Assembly: GCA_018398765.1 (NCBI GenBank)
Contig: JAHBMJ010000344.1
Location: forward strand, 62,001 to 126,000
Direction: 5' to 3'
Length of the DNA: 64,000 nucleotides
Origin: Chromera velia
Lineage: Eukaryota
Shown here: positions 1-11,926 of the stretch, one piece after another
How positions within the stretch are numbered: position 1 is the first letter of the stretch
Layout of the letters: each line of letters starts with the position of its first letter
Position numbers and translations under genes: made by a program
Notes under the pieces: generated by a model
What the model was told of the DNA's origin: nothing
Database searches by the model: none
Seen by the model: the letters and a program-made list of their open reading frames with translations, nothing else

Positions 1-108
1 ATCGCGGTGGCTGTAAAATTAAAGGAGGAAGCAACCGAGAGGCAGAATTAAAGACAGGGAAGTTGAGAGTCTTGCCGTTTTTTCAACTGCATGGAACAAT
101 AGCACATA

Positions 109-1403
109 GTGCAAGTTGATGCAGACACGCGTCAGTTTTCTCCCTCCCTGAATCAACGTCGAACCTCCGTGCAGGATCTGAGCTCTGCTTCAGCCTCCTC
201 GTGGCTCGAGGAGGCACAGCAGCAACGACAACAGAAGCAATCGTTGACGGAGAGGGAGGCACTGAAGGAGTCTGCACTGTTGTGCGATTTTGACGTCAAG
301 AAAGCGTGGCTTGCCCTGTCGACGTTCGTTTTGTTCTCTTTGAATGCGCTGAACCAGACCGCGATTTATGCTCTGCTCGCCTCGGGGGTCTACTTTGCAC
401 TTCCAGAACTCTTCGTGGTGCAGCAGATCTTCGACATGATCACTCAGGTCCGTCAGTCGGTCCGTCCGTCTTTCGGCTGGTCAGCTGGGGTCAATGTAGT
501 GCACTGTCTCACTTTCTTCGTGCGGTTCGCTGTTTGTTTGTTTGTTTGTTTGTTTGTTTGCTTGCTTGCTTGCTTGCTTGTTTGTTGCTTGCTTGTTTGT
601 TTGTTCGTTTGTGTGTGTGCTTGTGTGTGTGTTTGTGTGTTTGTTTGTTTTTATCTTTTGTTTTCGTTAAGATAAGTTTTCTTTAAGCTGTGTCCCTCCC
701 TCCCTCCCTCCGTCCCTCCCTCATTCTTCTCTTCTCTCCGCTTCTGCTTGGTCTTCGGCAAATTCCTTTTTTCATTTTTTTTTTTGCATCCAAATGGTAC
801 TGGTAGAGCCTACACAAATCAATCAATCAATCAATCAAAGAAAAAAATGGAAAGTGATCGAATGATTGAATGAGTGAGTGCAGCCGATTTCGATGGGTCT
901 GGTGGCGATTTCTGTTGCGACTGCGGGTGAGAACGGCGCAACAAGCTTCGAGATGGAGCTCTGGGCAGAGGAGCACTTTGTGGACAGAGCTCGGTTCGGT
1001 AACGCATTGAAGAAAAATGTTCGCAGGGCGGAAAGCGGATGTAAGTATGGAGATCCGATCCTTGGCTGTCTGCCTCTCTTCTGCCGGCAGGAGCGTGCGT
1101 GGGTTGTTCGATTCTTTGAGAAGGTCCTTTCTGTCTTTCCTGTTTTCTTTCTGCCTTTCCTGTTTTCTTTCTGTCTTTCTTCACCGCCTTCTTTCCCTCT
1201 TTCTTTATTTACTTCGCTTCTTACTTCCTTTCTTTTGTCCTTGCGCCCCATGAATTGTTCACGAGAATGATCCTGACCCGACAACGAACATGCGGAATGC
1301 GGGGCCACCTACACGCTGCACGCCTGCACCGAATTCGCGACCCTTCAGAATCGTCACTCATCTGTGTGCGCATGTGTGTCCATCTGTGTTTGCATGCGTG
1401 TCC

Positions 1404-1469
<66 letters not shown>

Positions 1470-3065
1470 ATCTGCAGACACCCCCGGAATTCGGCTCCAT
1501 GGAAAACGGGAGGGCCAGCCTTGGCGAGAGGACCGGCTGGTGTCCCCCGAGGAGTTCTTCTTCTGTCCAAAGGGGGTCCCTCTTCTCTGCTTTGACGCTC
1601 CCTCCTCTTCCTCTTCACGGAAAGGAAGGGGGTCGAGCCTTGCAGCAGTGAGGCAGCTGGAGGAAGGCAAAACGAAGTGCAGAAAGAAAGACGACCCCAG
1701 GGAGGGTGGACTGAGGCCAACCTTGCACACACTCAAGGTCAGTCCATGCTTTTACTTTCATACAGAATTCTTCTGTATGCATTTCTATCTGTATGTATCT
1801 GTATGAAATCATGCATGCACACACTCAAGGTCAGTCCATGCTTTTACTTTCATACAGAATTCTTATGTATGCATTTCTATCTGTATGTATCTGTATGAAA
1901 TCATGCATGCACACACTCAAGGTCAGTCCATGCTTTTACTTTCATACCGATTTTTTTTTTTTTATAAAAGCAAATCATGCATGCACACACTCAAGGTCAG
2001 CAGTCCTTCCTCTCTTTCTTTTGCATGGATGCTTACTTCCTTTTTTTCTTTTTTAACCCTGGATGAGTATGTCTTCTTGGCTTTCCCTGGCCACCCTGAC
2101 GAATGATGTGAACACAAACGTAAGTGAATGCCTCTGACGGACTCATGACAGCAAATGATAGGCGTCGATCTCCACATTTATTGGGAGCTCCGAGGAGGGA
2201 GTTCATCCCATCCCGTCCCATGCTGAGTCGTCTTCAGCGAAGCATCCTCCCTCCCTCAGTCATGCAAAACACTGAGCACAGGCAAGCACCAAAAGAAACG
2301 CAAATGAGGGACAAAACAGAAAGTTGGTCGCTGAGGCAGGGTGTCGATCGTGAATTGTGACTGCATGTGATGCTGTGTTGCTTTTTTTTTTTTTTTTTGC
2401 AGAATGGCAGGGTGACGTGAATGTGACTGCGTGTGATGCTGTGTTGCTTTTTTTCCTCTTCTCCGTGCTTCCTCCCGTGATTGTTTGCTGGCAGATACCG
2501 GACTCATCCGGAAGTTGGGCTTCTGCCTCTGACGTGACGTGCATGCGGATGCACACTCACCACCCATGGTAGGATGGACATCCATGCGTTGGTTCATGCA
2601 TGCATGCTTGGATCCATGCAGGGAATTAATTAGACTTTTTCTGCATGCCCGTTTGAAGCTTGACACAAACAAAGAGAGAGAAAAGGTCTTTCCCTCTCGA
2701 AAAGAAAAGAAGGAAGCAAGAGAATCTTATGAAAAAAGAAGAAGGAAGAAGGAAGCGGCTCCTTCTTGCGTCCGCCCTTCCTCTCCTCTCCTCTGCACGA
2801 TCGATCGATGGACTTTTTGACTCCACAGGAGGGACGCCCTCTTGTCTTGCCTTATTTTTCCCGGCAAGCAACGCATGATCGATCGATGCACTCACTCATT
2901 GTCCTGCACACACCTGTATTGGCACCATGTTGCTGACACAACGCAGTACGTAGGATGTCGTTTGTGAAAATGGAGCGCAAATTCTATTCGCTTTTCTTTT
3001 TTCTTTTGTCTATCTGTCTGTCTATCTATCCATCTATCTATCTATCAATCTATCTGCCTGTCTGA

Positions 3066-3164
<99 letters not shown>

Positions 3165-3409
3165 CAGGAATGCCGCTCTTCATCTGTTCGACGATGTTGT
3201 CGACGAGGGAAAGAGGATCTTCAAGTGCGTCGACGACGTGTGCGACGCCAGAGGGTTTCCTGGGGACTTCAAGTGCGGGTGCTACCCCTCTGTGAGTCAG
3301 TCAGTCAGTCAGTCAGTCAGTCAGTGAGTCAGTCAGTCAGTGAGTCAGTCAGTCAGTGAGTCAGTCAGTCAGTCAGTCAGTGAGTCAGTCAGTCAGTCAG
3401 TCCGTCCGT

Positions 3410-3441
<32 letters not shown>

Positions 3442-5325
3442 CAGTCAGTCAGCAGGTCCCTTTCCCTTATTTTCCTTTCCTTGCTTCTCTGACCTTCAAA
3501 TTCCTTTCTTGTCTTGGGATGAGTTTCCATTCATGCTGCACGGATGGATCGATGGATCCATGAAGAAAAGAAAGCTGCATGGGTCGACTCCAACAGCAGC
3601 TTGGGGCCGTCTGTCCATCCTCTCTTTTCTCTCTCTCTGTCCTTCCTTTCGCTCTCTCTCTCTTTTGCCTAATGATTCCCGAATCGGTTATGCGGCGGCA
3701 GGAAGGAAATGAAGTGACCGACCTGAGTCTTCCTTCAGCAGCACTGCCAGTTCATGATCACATCATCACATTCATATGCATGCGGGGATTATATCAGATT
3801 ATGCATTTCCATCCAAAGTTCATGCATTAATTTGTACGCCATGCGTGCCCTCATCCTCCCTTCCTCCCACCCACCCACTGACTGACTGATGCAATTATCA
3901 GAAGTCGGAGGGTCCGGACGTTGAATTGGAGATGCATTTTCTTTCATACAGAATTCTTTTATGTATGTATCTTTCTGTATGTACGTATCTTTTCCATGTA
4001 TGAAAGTAAACGCAGAAGTCGGAGGGTCCGGACGTTGAATTGGAGATGCATTTTCTTTCATACAGAATTCTTTTATGTATGTATCTTTCTGTATGTACGT
4101 ATCTTTTGCATGTATGAAAGTAAACGCAGAAGTCGGAGGGTCCGGACGTTGAATTGGAGATGCATTTTCTTTCATACAGAATTCTTTTATGTATGTATCT
4201 TTCTGTATGTACGTATCTTTTGCATGTATGAAAGTAAACGCAGAAGTCTGAGGCTCCGGACGTTGAATTGGAGATGAGGCCCGACGGGAGCTTGAAGGTC
4301 ATGGCGGGGAACCGGTACTCTTCCTCCAAGTTCATTAAACCCCCTCTGGTCTTTTTTGTTGATCAGAGAACCGGGTTCGGAGAGTATGAGGACACATCAG
4401 ATGTGGATCTCTGGAGAGGGTGCAAGGAGAGTGGGATAGACTGGCCGTGCAGGTAGGTGGAAGGAGGGAGAGTGGGATAGACTGGCCGTGCAGATAGGTG
4501 GAAGGAGGGAGAATGGGATAGACTGGCCGTGCAGGTAGGTGGAAGGAGGGAGAGTGGGATAGACTGGCCGTGCAGGTAGGTGGGTTGGCGGACAGGGCTG
4601 AGGAACTCGCTTGATTATCCGGCCATCGTCTTTGCTTATCAGATAGATGCACACCCACACACACCAGTTTGAGTCAGTCAAAGATTTGTCTTTTCCGCGC
4701 TTGCTTCGTGGAGTGACTGACTGACTGACTGACTTTTGCAGACTGTCTGTATTCTCTTGCTCTCTCCTCTCTCTCTCTCTCTCTGTGTTTGTGTGTGTGT
4801 GTGTGTGTGTGTAGGCACAACTGCAACTTGCGAACAGACGGAAATTGCGACCCTCCCGAATGTTCGGAGCTGATTTCGGAGACGCCGCTGCTGCCACCGA
4901 TAGAGGCCCCCACTGGACACAACCAAGAACTCACACAGGAGGACCAGGAGGAAGTTCTCAGAAAAGACGGGGCTTATTTGCATTGGTTCAAAAACAAAAT
5001 CGAGTGCGAGAGCGCGCACCCGGGAGAGAAGACCTGCATAGCGTGTCAACGAACAAATCCCTTGACGGACCTCGTGGAACTTCGCAACGTTCCGATGACC
5101 CCCGAGAGGAGGACCCATTGTGGAAGAGGGGTGATGACTGATAAGGGACAGGGAGGGGAAGCGGAAGAGAGGTACGCGTGGAACTACGTAAGTGGGAAAA
5201 CAGACTTAAAGGGACTGCGGATGGTGGCATGTCAGCGCAACAATTACGGTGAATTCGTCAGTAGGGAGGAATTGTTTGGTTCGGGAGACGGCAAGAGGAG
5301 GACGCAGACAGCTGCAGAGGGATGA
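109..5325 (+). CDS. Hypothetical Cys-rich protein with N-terminal hydrophobic segments; 5' end incomplete or uncertain. Exons ~125-447, 884-1094, 1478-1737, 2495-2538, 3168-3291, 4244-4452, 4815-5325
   Basis: Six GT-AG junctions join in consistent phase (0,1,0,2,0,2) into one open frame ending at TGA 5323-5325. Peptides include AWLALSTFVLFSLNALNQTAIYALLASGVYFALP, FKCVDDVCDARGFPGDFKCGCYP and HNCNLRTDGNCDPPEC. No family recognised. In-frame stops precede 109, so the start is probably in an upstream exon. Confidence 0.7.
1724..2000. repeat. Hairpin insert family copy 1: 92-bp tandem units duplicating the exon-3 donor
   Basis: TGCACACACTCAAGGTCAG at 1724, 1816, 1908 and 1982. Inverted TTTCATACAGA (1756-1766) / TCTGTATGAAA (1798-1808) lies inside the unit. 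Confidence 0.9.
3899..4276. repeat. Hairpin insert family copy 2: 114-bp tandem units duplicating an acceptor and exon start
   Basis: 36-bp CAGAAGTCGGAGGGTCCGGACGTTGAATTGGAGATG at 3899, 4013, 4127 and 4241; the last copy is the real exon start. Inverted termini 3933-3950 / 3997-4014 match at 16/18. Confidence 0.9.
4427..4582. repeat. 41-bp tandem repeat (x4) duplicating the exon-6 end and donor site
   Basis: GAGAGTGGGATAGACTGGCCGTGCAGGTAGGTGG repeated with period 41. Confidence 0.9.
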
Positions 5326-7314
5326 GTGGAGGGAGCATCGAACGATCGAAGAGAAAGATTGAGTCTACATGTCTCTCTGATTGATTGGGGACATTTCTTT
5401 CGGTCTGTCCCTCATTCATTCGAAATAAGTAAAAACAAAGAAAGAAAAAAAAACAGCAACCAAGTTTAAAGTCTAAAAGTTTGAAGGCACTACATTTGAC
5501 AATCGAACCTCGTTTCGTCTCCCACACAATTCCAACATGCAACCGTATTTCCTTCCTTCAGCCTCCGCTAATTAACTGTGTCGCACTCTCTCTCCCTTGT
5601 CCTTCCATGTGCAAATCTGCATCATGCAAGGGCAACAAGAAATGAAATCAAATCAAATGATTCGAACACGCAGTTTGGTCATGCAGTCTCTCTTCGACCT
5701 CCCGCTTTAGGCTTGATCAGCGCAAGCAAAGAAGAAAGCGACCAAGGGAAAACGCATCCATCTTTCATCCAGTCACTTACTCATTCGTGTATTCGTTTAT
5801 CTTTTCATATCTTCACTGATTGTTTCACGGTCATCTCAATCTTGACCATCTCAATTAAGATTACATCAAGAAGGCTGCTTGGACTCAAGCGAATCATGCA
5901 GCCACACAATTGACGTACTGACAACTAGAGTCACTGACAGACTCACCACGCGCATGCACCCAAACAAACTACTTTTCCCGATCGAGCTTTCTGTACGTCT
6001 TGCCGGCCCCTCTCTCCGAGTCTCTCTCTCCCCCTTTTCCCTTACCTCCTCTTCCTGACGTCTTTCGACGCATGCATGGATGATTGGAATTAATTCATGG
6101 TGCAATACCAAGTCGGATGCACCGACCGACGAACGCAATGAATGGTAGCATGATGTCACACAAGCAAAGCAACGATCCGATTGAATTGATTCAAACGGAA
6201 AGAACAATAACTCATTCGATACCCAGGGGGATATCAAGGAAGAACTAAGAACGGAGAGCCCATGAAAGCTAGCATGAAAGCAATTTGGCGGATCAAAAAA
6301 CTTTTTTTTTCCAAAAAAAGTATGTTAAAGTATGCAAAATTAAGAAAACATACTACGCTGGAAACAAAAAACAGGATCGTTGTTGGATAATTGAGCTGAA
6401 TAATTAATCTACGGATGCAACAAAGTTTAAAAATGCATAGATTCAAAGTATAAATCTTTTTTAAAAAATACCATCCTAAATTTTGATCAATTTTGATATG
6501 AACCCAAGAAATCAAATTTGAAGAAAACAAAACAAAACATATGCTCAATTGCACATCATTTTGTTTAGTAACCCTAGCCGTAGCTTATGTATTCTTTTTT
6601 ATAACTACCCAGCCTAGCTGCTACAAAAAGTGCTAACAATATCTAACAATGCATGCTTCATTTTAGGAGAATTAAGCGGAACTAAAAATCAAGTGAACAA
6701 TTTTTTTTTGACTCCTAATTTAATTCTAGATTTAATTTTTAAACTACGCATCGGCTAAAGGAAAAAAAAAAGATTTGTAAAAAACCTTTACTTTTTTTTT
6801 CTTTTTCAGCCAGGCAACTGTTGGTTAAGTGTTGCAGAAGTGTTGTTCATATGTTGCACAACTGTTGTTAAGTGTTGTTCGGGGGGCATTGACCTAAAGT
6901 TTGTTCCTAGCGTCTGGCCTATACGTCTTTCATCTCTTTCTTCTGTCCTGGTTACTGCTCTCGCTACTAGCTCTCTCTTTCATGCGACCTCATACTTGAC
7001 GCTCCTCCATCTGAATGCCTTCTTCGGCATTTGCTAAGTACTTCCTACCCCTCAGTCATAACCAGTGTACTGCTTACTCCTCCTTCCTCCCAGCCCTCCC
7101 CTTGCACTCCTCTGGTCCCCCGAATGCATGTTAAGTGTTCTTCAGGGGGAAAACGTAAATTAAAAAGAAAAAAGAAAAAAAAAGATCTCCTCTGATCATC
7201 TACTTTTTTTTTTTCTTTTAGCCGACATCTAGTTTTTAAAAAATACCGGAAGATTAATTATAATGTTTCTAGAATCTAAATTAATTCTAATGTTTTAATA
7301 TAGCTATATGCTTA

Positions 7315-7896
7315 CCCTACAAAAATGAGTTAATTTACAGATGAATTTAAGTGAATTTAGATGAATTTAGGTGAATTTACAAGTGAATTTTGAGTTAATG
7401 AATTTAGTTTTAAATTCACTATGAAATGAATTTGACCTCCTTGAACCTAACTACCACTTGAAAGTTTAAGCCGCATTTTTGGATAAGCTTGAAAGTCCGC
7501 ACCGCAGGCACGGATCATTTATGGTGTCTTGAAAGCCAAAGCCGTATATCTGGATGGTGTCTTGACCGTCTACGCCACAGGCGTGGACGGTCTCTTGAAA
7601 AACGATGCCGCAGATAAAGATCATCTTGATTATATTTTTTTAAGTGGCACTTAGGTTCAAGGAGGTTATGAATTTAAGTGAATTTACATCAATTAATTTT
7701 TATGTAAAACGCTCTAAATTCATATCGAAATGAATTTAGAAATCTAAATTCACAGTGAATTTAGCCTCAAAATTCACTTGTAAATGCACTTAAATTCACC
7801 TAAATTCATCTTAATTCACTGCTTAAATTCACGTAAATTCATCTAAAATTCTAAATTCACGAAAATTCATTTATAAATTCACTCATTTTTGCAGGG
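7315..7896. mobile_element. MITE-like element with TIRs, TA flanks and subterminal GTGAATTT/AAATTCAC arrays
   Basis: Left end ta|CCCTACAAAAATGAGTTAATTTACAGATGAATTT matches the reverse complement of the right end AAATTCATTTATAAATTCACTCATTTTTGCAGGG|ta. No ORF. Confidence 0.8.
7434..7667. mobile_element. Second MITE nested in the first, with an 8-bp target-site duplication
   Basis: TIR ACCTCCTTGAACCTAA (7435-7450) / TTAGGTTCAAGGAGGT (7651-7666), extending imperfectly inward. ATGAATTT flanks both sides (7426-7433 and 7668-7675). Confidence 0.75.
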
Positions 7897-8286
7897 TATA
7901 AATTAACATATCTGAATCAATGATTTTAGGATTTCGAATGATCATACGGACCAATGATACGGTCCTACTACAGTCCTTGCAGACTAAGTTGCAGTAAAGA
8001 AGATAAAAGTAATTTTAAGTAAATTATTACTGTAAATAAGAAAGTAAAAAACTTTGTCTGTTTTTCTGTCTGTCTGTCTGTGTTTCTTATTTATTTCTTT
8101 CTCAACCACTGCGACACTTTCTATGGGTTTGCATGCCTGTCTGCATGCTTCACTCTGCCTGCGGGTTCTCGACTCCTCGTTCGTCTTTTCAAGAGGATTG
8201 AAAGAAACGCCATACAAAGAAACCATCTACAGCAATTCATATCTGCGACAGGATGCGCCTGTCGAGCCACAATGCCGACTTAAAGT

Positions 8287-8683
8287 TTATCGCCGAGTGC
8301 AGACATCAACAATCTGAGTTTCAGCAGAAACGTATTCAAATTTCTTCTCTTTGAAAAGAATCGCCTTGCCATCTGCGGTCACTTCGGCTTCCACCGTTTC
8401 ATCAATCGCATCATCAGTCCTCTCATCTCCCACCTCCCGACCGTAATTTCCCTTCTCTCGGGTGAACCGAATGATCAGACGCAAACAGCCCCCATGCAAA
8501 CAGCCCCCATCGTCCTTCGAGCTCTCTGCGACTTCAAAAGTCCCGTGCCGTTGCTCATCCACCCCGAAAGCGTACCCTTCATTCCCGTCATGGTGCACGA
8601 TTCGGTTTCCCTCCAAAACCACCAACTCGGGGAGGGCACCGCCATCCGTCGTGTAGCGCCCAACTGCGAGCGACTGATTCATC
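8287..8683 (-). CDS. Probable terminal exon of a small hypothetical gene; a possible first exon lies at 9481-9511
   Basis: 131-aa non-repetitive ORF preceded by a TTTGCAG acceptor, with protein-like composition (GRYTTDGGALPELVVLEGNRIVHHDGNEGYAFG). Upstream exons are not resolved. Confidence 0.45.
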
Positions 8684-9167
8684 CTGCAAACCTTCTGTGT
8701 AGCTGTCAGTGAACCCGGGCTCAGTGCACGCGGGCCACGTGCACGGTCCGTGCCAGGCAGGCACTCTGACAGAGAGAGTTAGGAGTGGAATCCGACAGTC
8801 TCACAGCCTGCCTGCCTGCCTTGGTGGGGACCCACCTGCCGCCTGGAAGCCCTCCTTCGGCCGGCTCAATCAGACCCTGCACGCATTCACACGCCCTGGC
8901 ATGCACATCGATCCATCCATCGAACTTCGGCATCTGTTTACAGAAACCTAAAGTTCCTACGGCCTCACATGACTTGAAAGAATCAACAGCTGCAGGCGCA
9001 CATCCAGAAACAGGTGAGCGATGGGCCCGTGAATTCCGCGGATGAGTCGCTCGAATCACCATATGTTAACAATTGGGAGTATGCATTTTGTCAGCTGGAA
9101 CTCGTCAAAAAATTGAATACACGCCACGTAGATGTATTCATCGACTTTATTAATGATACAAATACCG

Positions 9168-9207
<40 letters not shown>

Positions 9208-9306
9208 TTCAAACACAGAGAATAAGGTGGAGAGGGGGGGTTGGATGCGAGTACTAAGATGGAGCTAGGGATGATGGAGGGAAATGCGGGTAAGTAAGTA
9301 AGTGGC

Positions 9307-9342
<36 letters not shown>

Positions 9343-10419
9343 ACGATCAAAGCATGGAACCAACCTGCAGAGATATCTGCATGCATGCACGCGGGCGTCC
9401 AGGTAGACGGAAGGAGATGTGCATGACAGGTGGTGAAAAGACTCACGCAAAGACGCTGCCAGCACCATTCATGCACGTACCTGCAGGCCACCCGATTGAT
9501 TCAGTCGTCATGCACGGGTAGAGTTTGACGTCTCCGTGGGAATTCAGCGTCCATGCATCGAGGTGGAGACATTACTTCTCTTATCGCCTCTCCGGGCGTG
9601 TATTGGTCCGGTATGCATAGGTTCGGTGGAGACGGATGGAGACGGATATATAGTACATGGAGCTGTAAGTTAACCAGGGAGGGGGGAGTGTCCAAATCGT
9701 GGTGCAAAGCAGACGTCCAGATTGAACTCGGCGTGATACTGATCGAGTATATATACACGTTTTTAATACCCTGTCAGACAGTTGAAAACACCTATGTAGC
9801 TGTGTCAGCTTTCCTGATGCCGGTGTGATATATATGCCGGTGTGACTAATTGTGACTATGGTGTGACTTGAAACTTTTTGTCAACGCGTGACAAGAACGT
9901 CCATGCATGCACTGCGCGCGCATTCAGCGGAGGAGACGGCAGACCAGGCTCTCACATGATCTGACTCCAGAGACGGCTTAATTCCATGACTCAGGATAGA
10001 TAGTAACGCAGCGGATCGGGTCAGTGCAGGCTTGAATCTTGTCTGACTAACTCAGAGGCAGACCGTGATAGCTTGCGTAAGTACGGTCTTCCGTGGTGTC
10101 ACTTTCCGACGAAGCTAGAGGGTCACTGAATCTGTGTCGCGCGCACCCTCGGTTTGCTCGTCTAGCTCGTTTGGATTCTGTCCATCCTTGGGGCTCGCGT
10201 CGTCGCCTCGACCGGACAGAAGCGACGAGAAAAGGCACTGCGGATCTCTGCGGATATTTTATTTCAGTAAAGTGGTGGCAGAAGTGACCTCTGAAAGGCT
10301 CACCAAACGTTCAAAACAGAATCACTCGAGAAACAGGCAGGCACCCATTTTCGCGGGGGCACGGCAACGACGAAGAAGTCAATTACCGAAGACGATAAGT
10401 CGCTCTTCTGTCTGGTCTG

Positions 10420-10897
10420 ATGGTTGGCCTTCGCAGTGCAGCGTTGTTTGTTGCCCTCCTGCCGGCTGCCCTGCTCTCTTCTTTCCGAGGGAGGGTGGAA
10501 GGGCATCCAACCGTCAGTTGACCTCTCGATCTGCCCGCCGCCCCTTCCCCACCCAACCCGTCTATTCTGGACTACCCCCCGATTGGCAGTTCGTTCACGT
10601 GTTACCTTCTCTGCCTGTGTCATTTTGCTCCCATTCCTTTTCTTTCTTTTGAGTCGTTTCCTTCCGACTGAGCGAGCACTGATCGATCGACTGCTTTCCT
10701 TCCAATCCCCCGTCTTTGCTTCCGGAGCGCTTTTCCCTTCTCTCTTCTCCCCTCTGTCCGTCCACCCTGTTCTGTTCGCATATACCTCAAAGAAAATTTC
10801 GAAAAAGAAAGAAAGAAAGAACGAACGAAAGAACGAAAGAACGAAAGAACGAAACGAAAGAAAGAAAGAACGAAAGAACGAAAGAACGAAAGAACGA

Positions 10898-10929
<32 letters not shown>

Positions 10930-11369
10930 ATGGAAGAAAGGAAGGAAAGAAAGAAAGAAAGGATAAATGGAAGAAAGGAAGGAAGGAAAGAAAGAAAGAA
11001 TGAATGAATAACCATGCGTAGTGTCTGCAGACTTTCCGGAGTGCATCTACCTCCCCCTTCCTGCTGGGCTTTGCGTTTTCACCGAGTGAGCTGGAGAAGG
11101 ATAGAGGGAGGGGCGGACTGGAAACGACCTCCTTCTCTCGTTTGAAGGCAGAGAAGGGGGTCAGTGAAAGCTTCTTTCATTCAAGTCAGATGCAATCACT
11201 CTCAAGCAAGGAAAAAAAACTGATTTGTAAGTATGCCTAAAGGTATTCTGTCTAAAGAGGGGCATTGTCTTTCTCTCCGTTCCTCTCTTCTTCTCTTCTC
11301 TGACAGTTTCCAACGTGCTGTTGCTGCAGTTTTTGTGTGACGCAAATCTGTCAGAGCATTCAACTCTGC

Positions 11370-11402
<33 letters not shown>

Positions 11403-11849
11403 TGTGTGTTTTTGTGCCTGCGTGCGTGCAGACGATTCCGCCGAATGAGGGGACAGGTGTGCGTCGGAGTGCGGCTGTGTTGCAAGCAGCCGACCCTAAT
11501 GGGAAGGACGGGGGCGAGGACAAGAATATCAATAACAAGAAGAAGAAGCAGCAATGCTCCTCCAACAAGGCAATTTCTTTGAGTCCCCCCAGGGGGACGA
11601 GGGACTTTTTCCCTGAAGACATGAGACTCCGAAATTGGCTTTTTGGTCATGTCAGTATGTCAGGCATGCATTCATGCAGGCAGGCAGACAGTCGAATCTT
11701 TGTTCTTCTTCTTGTTTTGTTTTGCTTATTTCGTCTCTTGGAGTTTATATCGATTTGCTTTGGTTTATTCATATTTGGGAGGCATGCTCCAGTCCTCTGT
11801 GTGTGTTTACAATCATAATCAGACACACACGGTCACTCGCTCACGCTCG

Positions 11850-11926
<77 letters not shown>

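Noticed and set aside
3899..4276. CRISPR-like array (36-bp repeats with spacers)
   Set aside because: The spacers are near-identical to each other, the repeat is a duplicated eukaryotic exon start, and there are no cas genes.
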